DNA from: Aplysia californica
Lineage: Eukaryota
Assembly (NCBI RefSeq): GCF_000002075.1
Contig: NW_004798101.1
Location: 62,001-126,000, forward strand
Length of the DNA: 64,000 bases
Direction of reading: 5' to 3'
Shown here: in pieces, positions 12,501-27,500 of the stretch
Numbering within the stretch: the first letter of the stretch is position 1
How the letters are laid out: each line of letters starts with the position of its first letter
The notes under the pieces: generated by a model
Told to the model about the DNA's origin: nothing
Database searches by the model: none
The model's input: the letters and a program-made list of their open reading frames with translations, nothing else
Position numbers and translations under genes: made by a program

Positions 12501-15500
12501 GTCAGTCTTCCCCTGCGTGCTGATCGACTGACGCTTGCTGTTGATGCTGGGCACAGAGCCGGACCTCTGGGTTATACCTCCTTCAGCCTGAACAGATGAA
12601 ACAAGCAGTTTTCAAACACTGAAGGTATAGTGAACATGTTTGTCCAGGAACGCAATCATTTACGCAATTAACACTTTACACACTGGTCCACATCAAGGTC
12701 CTTTTCTTCCTCTTTTTTCCACTTTTATGACTACAAATCAAATAGGGGACGCTGAACTTGACAAAAAAGCTCTGACAAAACAAAGGCACCAAACAATCTT
12801 AACATTTTTCTAAGACATTTCAAACTAGTATGGGTAAATGGTGAGCACTTTGGTGAGAGCTGATCTTTCTATTCTTTATCAACATTTTGTTACTCTCACT
12901 CTCATTTGTCCTAGACAAAAGAAGCAGCCGTCATGTTGAGTTGCAATAAATTACAAAGTAACTATAATAATGCATCCCAGCCTGCAATTCATGAATGTGA
13001 CCCTACTGACTGCAGAGTCTCAACAAGTCCACAATAGAAAAAACTCCCCAAGGTACAAATTCATTGATTGACATTTACAGGTTTCAAATTAACTCATTTA
13101 TATTTTATTCTTCTCAGAACCGAGTCTTAGCTCTATGCACACAGACTAGTCAAAATGCAATTGCTAAACTAGTGCTGTATTAAATATCACAGCAATTTTT
13201 TTTGAGAGGCTAAAAAATGTTTTGTCTTTGTTCCTTTCCATGTTGAACAGAATCCCAAAACATAGACTCCTCCACTCCACTACAAGATAACTCACTTGTA
13301 AGAGAGACATCCTCTCATCCACCACATCAAACTGGTCTATAATGATGTCCTCAGCTTCTTCTCCCACCACCTCCACCTCCTCCGCCTCTTGCTGAGGCAG
13401 GGCAAAAGAGACATTGTACGGTCGAATGCTGCGTCGAGACTGAAACAAAATAAATAACAAGCTATCACTGGTTGAGTTCTCAGAAAGCATCTCTAAGCTC
13501 TCAAACAGATGTTTTTTCTACGTTATAGCACATGGGCTAGTCTTTATTTTTAAACTTCAATGTTTGCTCCATTAATGGAAAACAAAAAATAAAAGCAAAT
13601 GACAGAGCAAAATAATTACTGAGCCCATTACCGCTTAGAATGGTCAATCAAAGCAACACTTCTTTCCTCAAGCACATTTTTCATTTCTTCATTTAATTTC
13701 TGATTATCATTACAGTGCTTTGGTGTAACATCAAAATCATACTTTGCACAATTCATTAGGAGAAATTAAGAATAAAATAAAGACTTCAGCTCTGCTCATG
13801 ACAGCAGGCCAAAAACTAAACATCAGAATAGAAATCCCACTCCAAGAAAAAAAAACTATTTTTTCCAAAAAATACATCAGAAGATTTTGATCATTTAAAA
13901 ANNNNNNNNNNNNNNNNNNNNNNNNNNNNNNNNNNNNNNNNNNNNNNNNNNNNNNNNNNNNNNNNNNNNNNNNNNNNNNNNNNNNNNNNNNNNNNNNNNN
14001 NNNNNNNNNNNNNNNNNNNNNNNNNNNNNNNNNNTAGTCGAAATGCAACTGCTAAACTGGTAACATGCCAAACAATTCTCAAATGTGCTGCAAACAAATT
14101 CTAAGAATGTAAAAGACATTGTCAAAAACAGACTGACAGTAATACAATTCACTGTAAAACATTTTACCAAAAAGATAAAGCAGACATACAAAATATAATA
14201 GTATTCACAGATAGAAAGATTTACATCCACAGTCATTAAAGATTTCTTTGTCATTTATTTTGCACGTTTTGTACTATATCTGATGTTTCTGTGGTGTAAA
14301 TATGGGTATGTAGTGAGAGAGGGTGAATTTTGATGAATTTTTGAAAACCTCCAAAAAAGCCTGGACTCCAGAGGTTATTGTGTTTTCTAAAATACCCCAG
14401 ACTCAAGGACTTAGAAAAACACACACTCAATGACAACGGAAAAACAAAAAATCTCTTTCGTTTGAAACCAAACTGCATTTGTTTAGGGACATTGAAAAGG
14501 GGCTAAAATGTAAAACTAAAGTTTGTCATTAACCACAGCATTGACCCCCTGAACAATAAAGAATATATATTTCGTTTGAAGCTCCAAAAACAGAAAAACT
14601 CTTTCCTTGTCGATTCAAACAACCACACAAGTCAAAAACGTCAGAAACCAAGAAAAAACAAACCTTGAAGTTGATCTCACTGAGGTTGGGCATGTACAGG
14701 ACGTTCTTCCACTGCCTCATCAGAGCCAAGATGCCCTTCTGCACCGTAATAAGCTGAGGCACGGTCTCCGCGGCAACAGCTCTCTCCACGGGATTGGTGC
14801 CGTACTTGTGCAGATACTTGCGCAGCACTGTCAGCAGCTGATTGGATGGGTCCTCCTGGAGCGTGTGGGACAAAGGCGTCAGCTTATTGAACTTGCTCTG
14901 AAAAGACAAAGGCATTTGTTTTTTACACAAGACCCAACCAAAAAGGAACGGAGTTGCTGAGGAATTTCAATTCGAATGAATGATATCTAAATACTAGTAA
15001 AAAAAAATGGATCAAAACTGCACTTTGCATTTTTTTTAAATTCAATAAATACATGCTTAAAAAGTAAACATAGTGAGGGACACAACTACAATATATACTT
15101 ACAGGCTTCATTCTTATTGTCACGGCAAATTCTGTCTTGAAAGTTCATAACTTTTCCTTACACAATATAAGCCTTGGCAAATCCATAGGGAACAGTATCA
15201 GAAATCAGTGAATGCATATTTTCTGACACAAAAACGAACTTCCTTATTCAGACCCTCTAAAAGGTAATAATTGGGTTTTTTTACGTACTGGTTGGCAGCT
15301 TTGCAAATAGAAAAACTAATTTTTCTTGAGACAGGGATGTTATACTTCAGGAGACCCACAAACCCTCACCTTATATGCCACATGGATGCCCTGGCATTCC
15401 AAACCCTCAATCATCATGCACGCAATGACACAGCACAGCCTTCTTGAATACTCGCGCACCAAACCCCGTACAGCATTCATCAGTCGGTCGCTGGGGTTCA

Positions 15501-18500
15501 GCCATGCGTCAATGGCAGGACTAGCTGTGCTGAGCAGATTCCAGTCAAGTCTAATAGGAGACAGGTTAAAAGAGTTGATGAGAACCAAAAAAAATTATGA
15601 ACAGACAAGAAAGTGGTAAAAAGTGGGAGATAGAGAAATGTCAGTGAGGGACAAAAAGCTGGTAAATTTTCTGGGAGCGTAATCTATTACAGTCACATTG
15701 AAAAAGCAAAATTATCCAAGAATCCCTAATCAACACAATCAACCTGTCCAAGACGGCTACCCATTGTCGAGGAAAAATGTGGTCAACTTAGATAGGGGAA
15801 AATCTTGGACAGTGTCATTATAATATTTTTTTAAAGCAGGGGGGATGAGGTCTTTCGTACAGATGATTGTCTTGGCCATTTGAGCAAGTTTGATTGTATT
15901 ACCAAAATTATTTTTAAAGAAACAAAAATTCCTTCATAATAAAATTTGAACTTCAAAATGGTGTATAAGACCATGAAAACCAGAGTCACATATCATAATT
16001 TGCAAACCAAAAATGATATTACTAAGTAATCAAACTTTTACTTATGGAGACCTAATGGTGTTGAAACCATCTTAAATTTACCTAGTGAAATCAACTTTTT
16101 TGTGGATGGAGATGGGAGGGGGCGAAGCAAAGTTGAACCAGATGGTTTTGAGTTCAAGTCTCCCATTGGAAGCATCTCCATCAAGTGGGGTGGGCAGAGG
16201 GGCTGGTGGGTCCTCCATGCTCTCATTGGACCCAACCGACTTGTCCGAGTCCCAAGGTGAAGAGTCGAGCGAGTTCGATGTGTGCCGACCCGACGGAGAA
16301 CTCAGAGGAACTGGTTCATCAGTACTGGACTCCTCCTCCGATTCCCCAACCACACCCTCTTTCCTGGCTCCGGTACCGCGCTGTCCACTTGACTTTCCAT
16401 CCTGTGATTTAGTTTTCGACTCATCCTCACAACCACCAACCTCATCCTCCTCCTCGTCTTTCTCCTTTTTCGCATCTTTCCCCTCCACTTTGACCCTGGT
16501 TGACTCCTCCATATGCTGCACCGTCTTATCAATGTTTCCTAATTTCTCCTCCAGCTGAGCTTCTCCAGATTCACGGTAGCCCAAACGTCGGACTGCTGTC
16601 ACTGACACATCCTCTAGGCCGCACTCACACATGATGAAACCAATACTGGGGGCAGATGCTTGCCATGAGGAGCTGGTGTCGCTGCCGCTACCTCCTCTTG
16701 GGGTGGCTGCTTCACTACTCTCCCTGTCCTTACTAGAAGTGCGAGACAAACGTCGCTTCGGTGACGGCATAGTTCCACCAGGATAACCAGAACCTTGTGA
16801 CAAACAGAAAAAAATGTCATCAGACAAAAAAAGAGATAATTGCAGAAACATATTGACCATGTCAGAGGCACACTCATCAAGTCTGAAAGACAAAAAAAAA
16901 AGGTTCAGTTTCATTTGGTCACACTAGGTCAGGGTTTTATGAAATCAGCCAATTAACCAAATCCACATATTTACCTTGACTGAAGTGGGAGTCAGGAAAT
17001 TCATCTTCTGGCTAGTTAATTACCAAATTGAATAAATCTGCCAATTCGTAAACAATAATTTTAGGTCTCATTTGGTTTCTTAGCATTTAGGAAATCAGTA
17101 GAAGGAAATGAGTAAATGAAACAAAGGCCTTATTTCCTCACATTGTAATGTTAAATAAGAGGGTGCAAAACTGTTCACAATATCTATACTAATTGCAATG
17201 GGTGTGTTTCTTAGGGCAAGACAATTGATTAGCTCAAAACAAGACTATGTCGATCAGTGACCAGCAACTGTGCAAGTACCCCTGAGTTTACAGATTGATA
17301 TGTACCACTACTTGTCATGCAATCTTTGACAGCACATGTCATGACATAACCAAGTACCAGCAAGAAGAAACAGATGTCCTTTGTCATAACTTACCCAAAG
17401 TGCTGTTGTCGGTGCCAACAGGAGGGTGAGGCATCCCTGAGCTGGGGGTCTGTGTGGAGACTGGGGTGGTGGTGTCCTGCTGCTCCAGTGTGAACTGAAC
17501 GCGAGAGAACTGTTCAGGAATGGCAGTGAGCAGCACATGTTCTGAGAAGTTGCTGAACTTAAGCAACCTCCGAAGTTGAACATGGATATGTGAGATGTGC
17601 AAGGTGCCCACATTCTCTTCTCTTGTTATTTCTTTTGGTCTGTGGAGGGTGAAAAGACCATCGTGCTATTTATGTGACTTCTATACATGGATGCTACTTC
17701 ATAAAAGACAACGGTTAATGAATGTTTAAGACACAGGTAAATTCAAGATGAACCACAAGTCTCACAACGTCTTTTTGAGACATTTTTTAAGCCTGCTAGA
17801 GTAACAAATCCATCACATACCGATGGTAATGCAAAATTTGCTTTCTGTGTGTTAAATATAAAGGACATTTTTAATGAAAAGAGGACATTTTGAACAGTGA
17901 AAATTATTTTTCACTACTTATGATGGTAATATTCAGTACATGCTTTCCAATTTCTACCTTTCATAATGTTTGTTGTGCCTTATTGCATGAAAATACAGGC
18001 AAAAGGTATGTCAAATGTGAGAAGGTACTTACATTTTTAAAAATATACCATCATCTGTCCACATTATAATAAATCTAAACCTGCAAGCATGAAACTGGTC
18101 GCAAAGTGATCCACTAAAAAAAATCACTTTACCTTTCTTTTATAACATCCCTTCATTTGAATTGTATAATGGAAGTTCAGAGCCACATTGACACATTTTT
18201 TTCGCTACAAGAGTACTATTACATCTACACTCAATGAAGACACATAAGACAAACCAAAACAATTTCCTTTATCTCAGACATAGAAAGTTTGTGTGCAACA
18301 TTATTATCATGCAAAAATTCTTACTTTTCAATATCTGGCTCAAGCGGGTTCACCTCTCCTTTTGCCCTGGCCTGCGCTGAAGCAGAAAATTTTACAGAAG
18401 AACTCGGAGTGGAGCTGGTCTTTCTAGTCAGGGGTTCTTTAGCACCGTCAATAGCCACCTGAGAAAGGACGAGGTAATCTATGAATATCAGCCATCTCAT

Positions 18501-21500
18501 CTCAGCATCATATCTAAAGTTAAAAATAGGCTATAGAAAGATGCATGGATAAGGCCTTTTCATATCTTCATCAGACACTGGCAGAAAAGAGTGCAGAACA
18601 ATTACAACACATGTTATCTTCACTGAAGGTTATTTATACTGGTAAATGTTCATATTTACAAAGGAAATACACAATTTTTAAATGGACAGATATATTCCAT
18701 CATTCATGGTATACAACAGTTTCATTTGAACATACAACTATCAGTTAATTAGTACAGCTTTGGGTTAAATGTCCAATATGTTAAAGAAATGAATTAATGT
18801 CACAGTATACAAGCAAAGCCCCATGCCTGTACATGAATGTTCAACACTTTTTCAAGTAAAAAATATTGTAAGAAGTACTAAACCAGACTCAAAACCTTAA
18901 CGCTAAATCCAAAGGCTACTAGGGGTATTTTTTTGTGTTTCCTGAAATTAAGACAAAAAATGTAAATAAGCTGGGACACTGAAATAACAGCTGAGAAATC
19001 TGTTTCATGAGTCAATTTTGAAGCAAAAGCAAATCCATCGCAAAGAAAAAAGAGGAAGCTGCCACACTACACCACTGGCACGATCAGCCAATCCAGCTGC
19101 ATGATAATCTATTCTGTCAGCACGGCTTTCGCAGACAGGCTCAAAGAGTAGAAGTCTATGTTATTGAATACATGGGACAACTCTGCATCCAGTGATGCCA
19201 ACAAGTGAACTTAAACTAAAATCTACCTGTATCTAAGCAGTAGCAATTTACATGTAACGGTGCAATCAATTCTTTATTTCAGAAAGTTGAAAAAGAAAGG
19301 AGAGCTGAAAAACCATTTGCTGTTGTGTGTTAGCATAAGGAATTAAACTAAACAGCTGAGAAACCTGCTTTATACATCAGTCTTCAATGTTTCATGGTTT
19401 TGGCAACCCACCTTGCACGAGTGATTGTTGGAAAGTAGCTGGCAGCGAATGCCATCAATGCAAACAGCTAGTAATGATACAGCAGTCAGATCACTGGCAG
19501 TGCCCAGGTTAGAGAAGGCAATCACCTCCTCCACAATGGAGGCCTGCAGCACACAGATGTTGATCTGAGGAAGACAGGAGCTCATCAGTTCTCAGCATCA
19601 CTCACAACATGACTCATGACAATCATTACATTATTCAAAGGGAGCACTACTCTTGTCTTTCTATCCGTATTTTGAAATATAATTCAAAAATGTTACTTCT
19701 CACATCAAAGTTTCTATTTATCAATGCCGTGTGCTTGCAAAAACAAAGACCTTCATTGATCTTTACAATGGATTTTTGCTACTGCTTTTTTGTGCACTCC
19801 ATAAAATTATAACTAACAGTTGATAACTTACTTTGACTTTATCCCATACAAATCTTTGAAAATGTAGTTAATATTTCTACCAAACTGTACGCACTGTAAA
19901 AGATTGTCCATAAAGACTTCACTTTTAATTTTTCCGTATTTCTCTCTTTACTTCTTTAGGAAGTATTCTGTTTTTCACTAGCAAATGAACCATTGTTGGA
20001 GCTAGGTGAGCTGGTCTGAATTCAATCAATCTGAGAGACTAACGGCCAAGAGGTATATAAACGCTGTCAAAAAAATCAAGCAATGTCAAAAAGAGTTAAT
20101 GTCCAAGTGGGTAACAGTTTCTGACAAAGACATGTTAACCCTAGCACAAGGGTCACTGCGCTGTAGAAACCATGGTACTACAAAACATTTGCATGAAGAA
20201 CAGAGAGCATTTCTCTATTAAGGATAACATTTTTTCTGGGTCCATTCTTTCTTACCTTTGGCAACGTGAAAAGAGCCTGCAGAGAGGAGGTTTTGACTGG
20301 AGTGACATCACCACAGGCCTGCAGCTCATCCTCCTGCCCCTCCTTGCTCTCTTCGCTGCCTTTGCCTTTCTTCAGTTTGTTCTGCTGCTTCAATCGGTCC
20401 AGGCACTGGCTGTGGAGGCCGTCTATCAGAGCTGATGGGTGTAGCTTGGACAGAGTTGGGGTGACTGCCTCCACATATCTGTAGATCAGTACAAAACCCA
20501 GTAAAAAATAATGAAAATTCAAGGAGTTAGTATTATTGTTATCAAGAATGACATTATGAACGACATCAGACATCATGTAGGAAGAATATTTAAGAGACAC
20601 CCTCTGATTTGAAGCCAAATTTAGGTAGATTATTTTTGACAGACCCTTTGATTTGAAGGCAATCAGGAAGGTTATTTTGGAAGCAGAACTTCTGAGTCTA
20701 TCTCTCATACAACCAGGCCAAGAGATGAGAGAGCTCTGGGAAGTCCTCACATGACCCACAATAAAAGTAAACCTACTTGAGTCAAATCAGGATTCTCAGA
20801 TTGCAGTCTGTTTAGTTTAGTTTTAGTTTTGGTAGAGGTTTTACAGCGCTCACAACTGCATAAGGTCATATGAGCGCCAGAAGATTAGAGGTGTTACAAG
20901 GGAGTAACAAACATAAAAAAGAAGAAGGGGAGATAAGGACGATAGATGTCTGATAGGAAAGAAGGAGCAAACCACACCAGAACACCCATCAACCACCCAC
21001 GAATTGCAGTCTGACATGATGCATCTTTCAGTGAAGGCCTTACATGACGATTTCAAAGTATTAGATTCTACCGGAACAAATGACTTTTGGAACCACAGAT
21101 GGTAAAGACTGGGCCTTTCAACATGAAAAGTTTACCTGGAAAGTTTTTCACAAAAATATTCTTTTTTGCTGAGCGACAAAAATGAACTGCTTCAAAGCCA
21201 AACCAACCTTTGCCAGGCTTCCAGCAACAGTGGTGTGACCAGGACATCCAAAGAACCCGACAACTGGACCACAGCGGTGGTTTTAGACACATTGTCTGCA
21301 GAACTGGTGCTGTCTGCAAGGTACACAAAAACACACAGACCGGTATAATATTCAAGGAAGAATGCTTCTGATAGTGGGAATAGAAACAACTGAATTAAAT
21401 CTTTTCTGCCGAATTATGAAGAACAGCCCGGGCCTGCATTCTACATAGAAATTATTCAAGTAAAGTGTAATAACCTACTACATACCTGATCCTCCATCAC

Positions 21501-24500
21501 TGCAATGTCCTTAAAGGAAATACATTCCAGAAAAGACAAGAAAATAGGGGACTTCCATATAGTAGTCAAACAACTTGCATTAAAACCATCCAGCATAAAC
21601 ATTTAATGTCACTAACAGAAAAAAAAAGCAGCCCAAAATCCATATACTGGACTACATATGTTTAGCATGGAATTATCACAGTAACATCTTTACAAGTTCT
21701 TGTCGGTCATAAATACACATTACATACATAAATTTTTAGGATACATAAATTTTCATTATAGCTTACTCACTTTTGTCTGACAATGTTTAAAAAATTCTAG
21801 CTCATTGAGGAATTTACCTATGCGGCCGAAATTTTGCATGGCACTTCTGCAGGCCAGCAACCAAACAAACAAAATTTTTTTTCTAATCTTGACCCAGTAA
21901 TAAAATAGTTTTTCTCTTTGGGCCCTATATTAATAAACGCTCTTTGGATGCATTCACGGGATCACTAAAATAAATGACTTACAGTAACCTTGCTTACGAA
22001 TTTCTCATTTTGGGACAGCGACACCGTCCTGCCCCCACATTTCAGTGTAAGCTTGTCAATTTCATCCCCCAGCAGTCTAGACGTCTCAACGTGCTCCTCG
22101 TGAGTCTCAAAAATACTCACTCCGTCTCTTGAATCGTGTTTCTCAGGCGAACGTTAAAGTGTGGTGTTGTGGAAAGTATGTCAACTTTTAAATGTTTTAG
22201 GAGTATGCTGTAAATCGCATTATTATTTTTTACCCATATAAGGCTTGCATCAAAGAAAATGTGTCGGAACATTAGTTTGCAGTGACTTTTATGAATGTGC
22301 TTTTAGATTCTGTTGATCGCTTAACTCGTAGACTGGCATGCAAAGACCCAGAAAGATTAAACAGAGCAATTTGTTTCTATCCTGTATTAACTGCGGTAAG
22401 ACGAATTTGAATGAGCTATACAAGAACAACTGAGTCTTCAATACTTCACCTCTTTTCAACAAACACAAAACATCTGGAAAAGAGGCACTTCTCATATATG
22501 AAAAGTGACGATTCACGAGTCTCTGCAGCTCCAAATGTATTTTTTACATCCAAATCTAAAACTATTGTCTTTCTGGCATTCCATTTATTCTTTTCGATAA
22601 GGCATGAACAGAAAGAGTCAAACAAAAAAGTGTCAGTTTGACAGAAAACAAAATATTTCATAGCTCCAGGAGCTTTCAGCAACATGATATCCTAAAAAAA
22701 TGAACAAAACCTCTCTGAACCTGCATTAGGATGAGTCTGCTGCCAGTGCTCCCTGTCCATCGTAGCCTTCACATTGAACAGATCGGCCGCGATGCTTGTT
22801 GGCGACGGTTTCTGGAAAGGAAACAGCTATGTAATACTTCTTTTTGTAAATAATTCCTTATGGACAATACAGTCGAACCTGCTCTAATGACCACTTGTCC
22901 AAGATAACCAACTGTACAAATGACCACATCGAATTTCCTCCATTGCATTTTTTTACATCACAATCAAGATTGTCCAAGACTGCCACCTATTGCCAAGGAG
23001 AAAAATGATTGTCTTAGACAAATGGATGTTTTGAACAGTGTAATTATAATATAAAAAAGACAAGGAAGTGTTAGATATTACAAAGTTTCCTTATTCTACG
23101 GACAAATTTTAAGTTAAATTTATTTTTCAGTTCTAATAGAAACCCACTATAAAGACATACACACAATTTTCCTTGATGACACAGAGAGGAAAATTCGAAC
23201 ATCTCTGGAGAAATGGAGAAATGGTATAGGTTTAACGCCCCCACACACATGAAAAAAAAAGAAAATAAAACACTGACAACCTAGCTACACCTTTGAACTC
23301 ACTCATACCTTCATGTCTGCCCGCGGCTTCATGACATTCACACTGAAACCGTCTTTGACCTTGAGGAAGTGAGGTGTCCAGGCAGCTCCAGCACTGTAGA
23401 TGGAGTGACCAGCAGATGAAAGGGAGTACTCAGACTGGACAGAGGTCAGTCCTTGGCCACGGCCGGAATACACTGCCAGCTGAGGGCCTGTAGAGGCCCA
23501 GTCCTAAAGGAAAAAAATTGGCCACATTTTATGGGAGTAAAAAGTATGGTGCACACTATTTATCGGTTCTATAAATATAAAAGTACAGTTCTAAATTTAG
23601 AATGTTTGAACTGATTAACCACACAATTACATGCACTCATTTCATTGCCACTAAATGTGAGCCAGTGTGCATNNNNNNNNNNNNNNNNNNNNNNNNNNNN
23701 NNNNNNNNNNNNNNNNNNNNNNNNNNNNNNNNNNNNNNNNNNNNNNNNNNNNNNNNNNNNNNNNNNNNNNNNNNNNNNNNNNNNNNNNNNNNNNNNNNNN
23801 NNNNNNNNNNNNNNNNNNNNNNNNNNNNNNNNNNNNNNNNNNNNNNNNNNNNNNNNNNNNNNNNNNNNNNNNNNNNNNNNNNNNNNNNNNNNNNNNNNNN
23901 NNNNNNNNNNNNNNNNNNNNNNNNNNNNNNNNNNNNNNNNNNNNNNNNNNNNNNNNNNNNNNNNNNNNNNNNNNNNNNNNNNNNNNNNNNNNNNNNNNNN
24001 NNNNNCATGTGNNNNNNNNNNNNNNNNNNNNNNNNNNNNNNNNNNNNNNNNNNNNNNNNNNNNNNNNNNNNNNNNNNNNNNNNNNNNNNNNNNNNNNNNN
24101 NNNNNNNNNNNNNNNNNNNNNNNNNNNNNNNNNNNNNNNNNNNNNNNNNNNNNNNNNNNNNNNNNNNNNNNNNNNNNNNNNNNNNNNNNNNNNNNNNNNN
24201 NNNNNNNNNNNNNNNNNNNNNNNNNNNNNNNNNNNNNNNNNNNNNNNNNNNNNNNNNNNNNNNNNNNNNNNNNNNNNNNNNNNNNNNNNNTGTTTGCGTG
24301 TGCCTGTGTGTGTTTACAACTGATAATGAAGAGAATTCAGACTCTGACTACAGAAGTGATTTTTAGTATGACTGAAACTAAAAGCATATGTGACGCCTTG
24401 TGGTGAAATCAGGAAAAGAATGAAATCTGAGAAATTGGCATTTTTCGGGCAGTATGGAAATTTTTTTCGAATCTTATATTTTTTTGCTCAACACCTTGTA

Positions 24501-27500
24501 TGTCCATTCAAAAATGCTCTTGTGTGTGAATTTTTTTCAAAAACGTTGATTACAGGCATAACAGATTTAAATTTACAGTTTCCAAGGACTCTTAAGCTAT
24601 GGAAGTCACCAAACTTTGGCAGCCATTTTCTCGCTAATTTTACCTCTGAAACCAGGCGACCCCACCTGCAATCGCAAATATCTCGACTTCTATTCAAGAT
24701 AAATTAATATTTTTTAAAATCGAAAGCAAGGCAAATGAACAACTTTTAGGATGATATCAATAACTCCAAATGCCCGAAAATTGACGAGTGCCTGATTCCA
24801 CAGCGTCATGACACGTATAACTTAAGTTGGGAGAGAAAAATCATCATATTAAAGAGGACTTCTTGAGTAGGCGTTGCCACTTTTTAAAAAAATTCAAATT
24901 TTGTATTTCAACATTTCTCTTAGGATAAAAAGGCACAGCAGAAAGCTGCACTCCCATTACTGCTCATTCCATGGTGAACAAGGTGCTGGAATACTAGAAG
25001 TTTCCACTCCGTTTGTAGATTTCAGGTGTTTCAACCTCTATTTCCCTAAACCTCATTCAAGTCTTTCATTAATCCACTCACTCACCTGACAATAATAATG
25101 TGACAGATGCTGGGAGTAACAGGAGAGCAGTAAGGGGGACTCCGTGATGGGCAGGTCCATGTGACTGTGCAGATTGATCATGTCCAGGAGCTCCTCCTCC
25201 TCATCAACTTCACTCCCGGTCAGTTCGCTGTCGTGGTCGGTGAGGGCAGAGCAGTAGGACAATGTGCTGTCTTCTGATGACACGCTTGAGGAAGACTGGT
25301 GGAGACCTTTCTTGCCAAATACAGAACTCAGACCCGAGGGCTGGCCTGGGGCAGCTCGTTTGATTGTACTGGGGTAGCTGTCTTCATCTGCTTCAAAACC
25401 TTTAACGAGATCAAGAAAAAGACATTAAATGACTGAAAGCAAAAAAATAAAAAACTTGGAACTTGTGTTAAAAGAAAAAAAACAAAGCAACTGAGAATAT
25501 TACATTGCCAAAGGTGTCTGAGAACACTATAAACTTAATTTTACATAAAGCACTTCTTTGCCACATAACTATTGTCCCTGCTTTAAAAGGTATGGGCAGG
25601 ATAAATCACAAGCTGTTCAAATGTCCTAAGCCAAGAAAGAAAAATTTTTAAGGAGAGAGGAAAAATCTGTTTCACTTCTTTTACAAATTGTACCTATGTT
25701 ATGTATCTTTTCTTGCTCTTTTCAACATCAAGAACTTGAATTTTTACCAAATATTTCATGACTAGATCTATATGCAACCGATACCTTGAATTAAGAAATC
25801 GCAAAAAAAAATTTTAATTCAAAATTTTGGGCTTCATTCATCTCAACAGCTGGCCGACTATATGCATTAAATAAGAGTACGTAGGCCACAGGAATTTGAG
25901 ACTACAAACTTTCATTCTAACAAATATCTGGTATTATACAATAAGGAAATATGAAGATCTCGTTATTTGTTTAATTTTACTTCAGATAAACATTAGTGTA
26001 TTCATACAATTAGCATAAAGAGAGACTTCACAAAAACAACCATACATCACTCTAAATGAAAAAGCATAGGTCAAAGAGTAAAGCTAAAAGGATCAACAAG
26101 TTGAAAATCTAGCACCACCTCAGGCAAATACTTTTTTTAAATGCTGTAAATATAATAGTGAGAAACCCCCAAAAAAATACAAGAACACCTGCGTACAGGA
26201 AACATTTCGATTTAAGCTGAAATTAAACCAAATTACTGTCAGTCCAAGACTTTAGATACCCAGCCTGTATGAAGGTGAAGACTTTATGAGACTACTTGAA
26301 AGTTTTAACAGTTTTCTCCTTCATGTATGACTACTGCAAAAAGTTCGGGAACAGAAACAAGAAATGTAAATTACTGCCCTAATTTCCATCACTTACCAGT
26401 GGCCGGTAACGAATCCTTCTTTGGGGTCAACGTGAGATTCCCATCCGAGTCTGAGTTTTCCTCTGAAGCAGTAAAGTAAGAAACACTGTCCATGCTGACC
26501 TTTGAATCAGGTCGGATGAGGGGAGCCCCAAGAACGCTAGGAGGGGAAGACGAGTCCAAAGACTCGGAAGGGATGGGCTTGTAGTAAGGCGGTCTGCCCT
26601 GCCTGGTCACTGACGCTGGACTGCCAGAGGGAGGCGGGCGAGCCCTGCGGCCTTTTTTGGAGCCTGAGCGCATTTCTGAAAGCAAATAAAAATGTGTATT
26701 TATTCATTTATGTCATGTTATTCACATAGTGTAAAAACACCTGTGTATTTTCACATCATTTACTATAAGTTGTGTACGACCGATGAAAATAGAATTCAAG
26801 AAAAAAAAAAAAAGATGCAAATCTGACTGTGTTTTTTCTATGAGAAAAAAAAATTGGAGGGCTCATATTATATAGGAGTACTTGGCAGATCTGTTTCTGT
26901 AAAAAATCACATTTTTACAGTCTTGTTATTTCTCGATCTAAGTCCATGCTTTTGATGATATGCCAGTAGACTAATGAACTATGAACTCCATATTGAAATT
27001 GACAATAGCAGAGAAAGCAAACTTTCAATGATAAAAAAGAGCAAATACTTCAACATGAATTTAGCTTAAAATTACAAAAGTGATCTCAAAAGGTAAGGCT
27101 CCGCTCTTCATGACATAAAAATATTTGCTCTAAACAAAATTACAATCCTTGCACTTTAGAAATAAAAATGCTTGCTCACCGAACCCAACTGCAGCAGTTT
27201 GCTGTGAGGAGGGTAACTTTTCTGCCGCCGAGGGCAAGGAGCTCTGACGAATGAGCAGCTTGTCTTTGCTGTATCTGCGTACTTCCCCAGTCTTACTGCC
27301 GGGGAGCAGGGTCTGAGTGTCGCTGAACGTCGACTTTGGCCTCAGCTCATCAGACAGAGTGATACCACCTTCACCGGGCCGAACTACTGGAATGACAAGA
27401 GAAAACATGGTGGTGACTGTTTATTTTCTGAGTTTTGCAAGCTTAATTAAGTCTATGCTTATCTTGCATTTATAATTGTGTCAAATCTTGCTAGCAGTCT

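Noticed and set aside
16085-16558. Plus-strand ORFs overlapping exons (also 36784-37215, 54969-55454 and others)
   Set aside because: Antisense shadows of BLTP1 exons with no independent signals.
21997-22140. Coding-looking minus-strand stretch KHDSRDGVSIFETHEEH...NEKF followed by GTAAG
   Set aside because: Only phase 0/0 boundaries with a poor GAG acceptor are available, while the host intron is phase 1.
23602-24406. Long ORFs in the ORF track (also near 13.9 kb and 33.0 kb)
   Set aside because: Artefacts of N runs.
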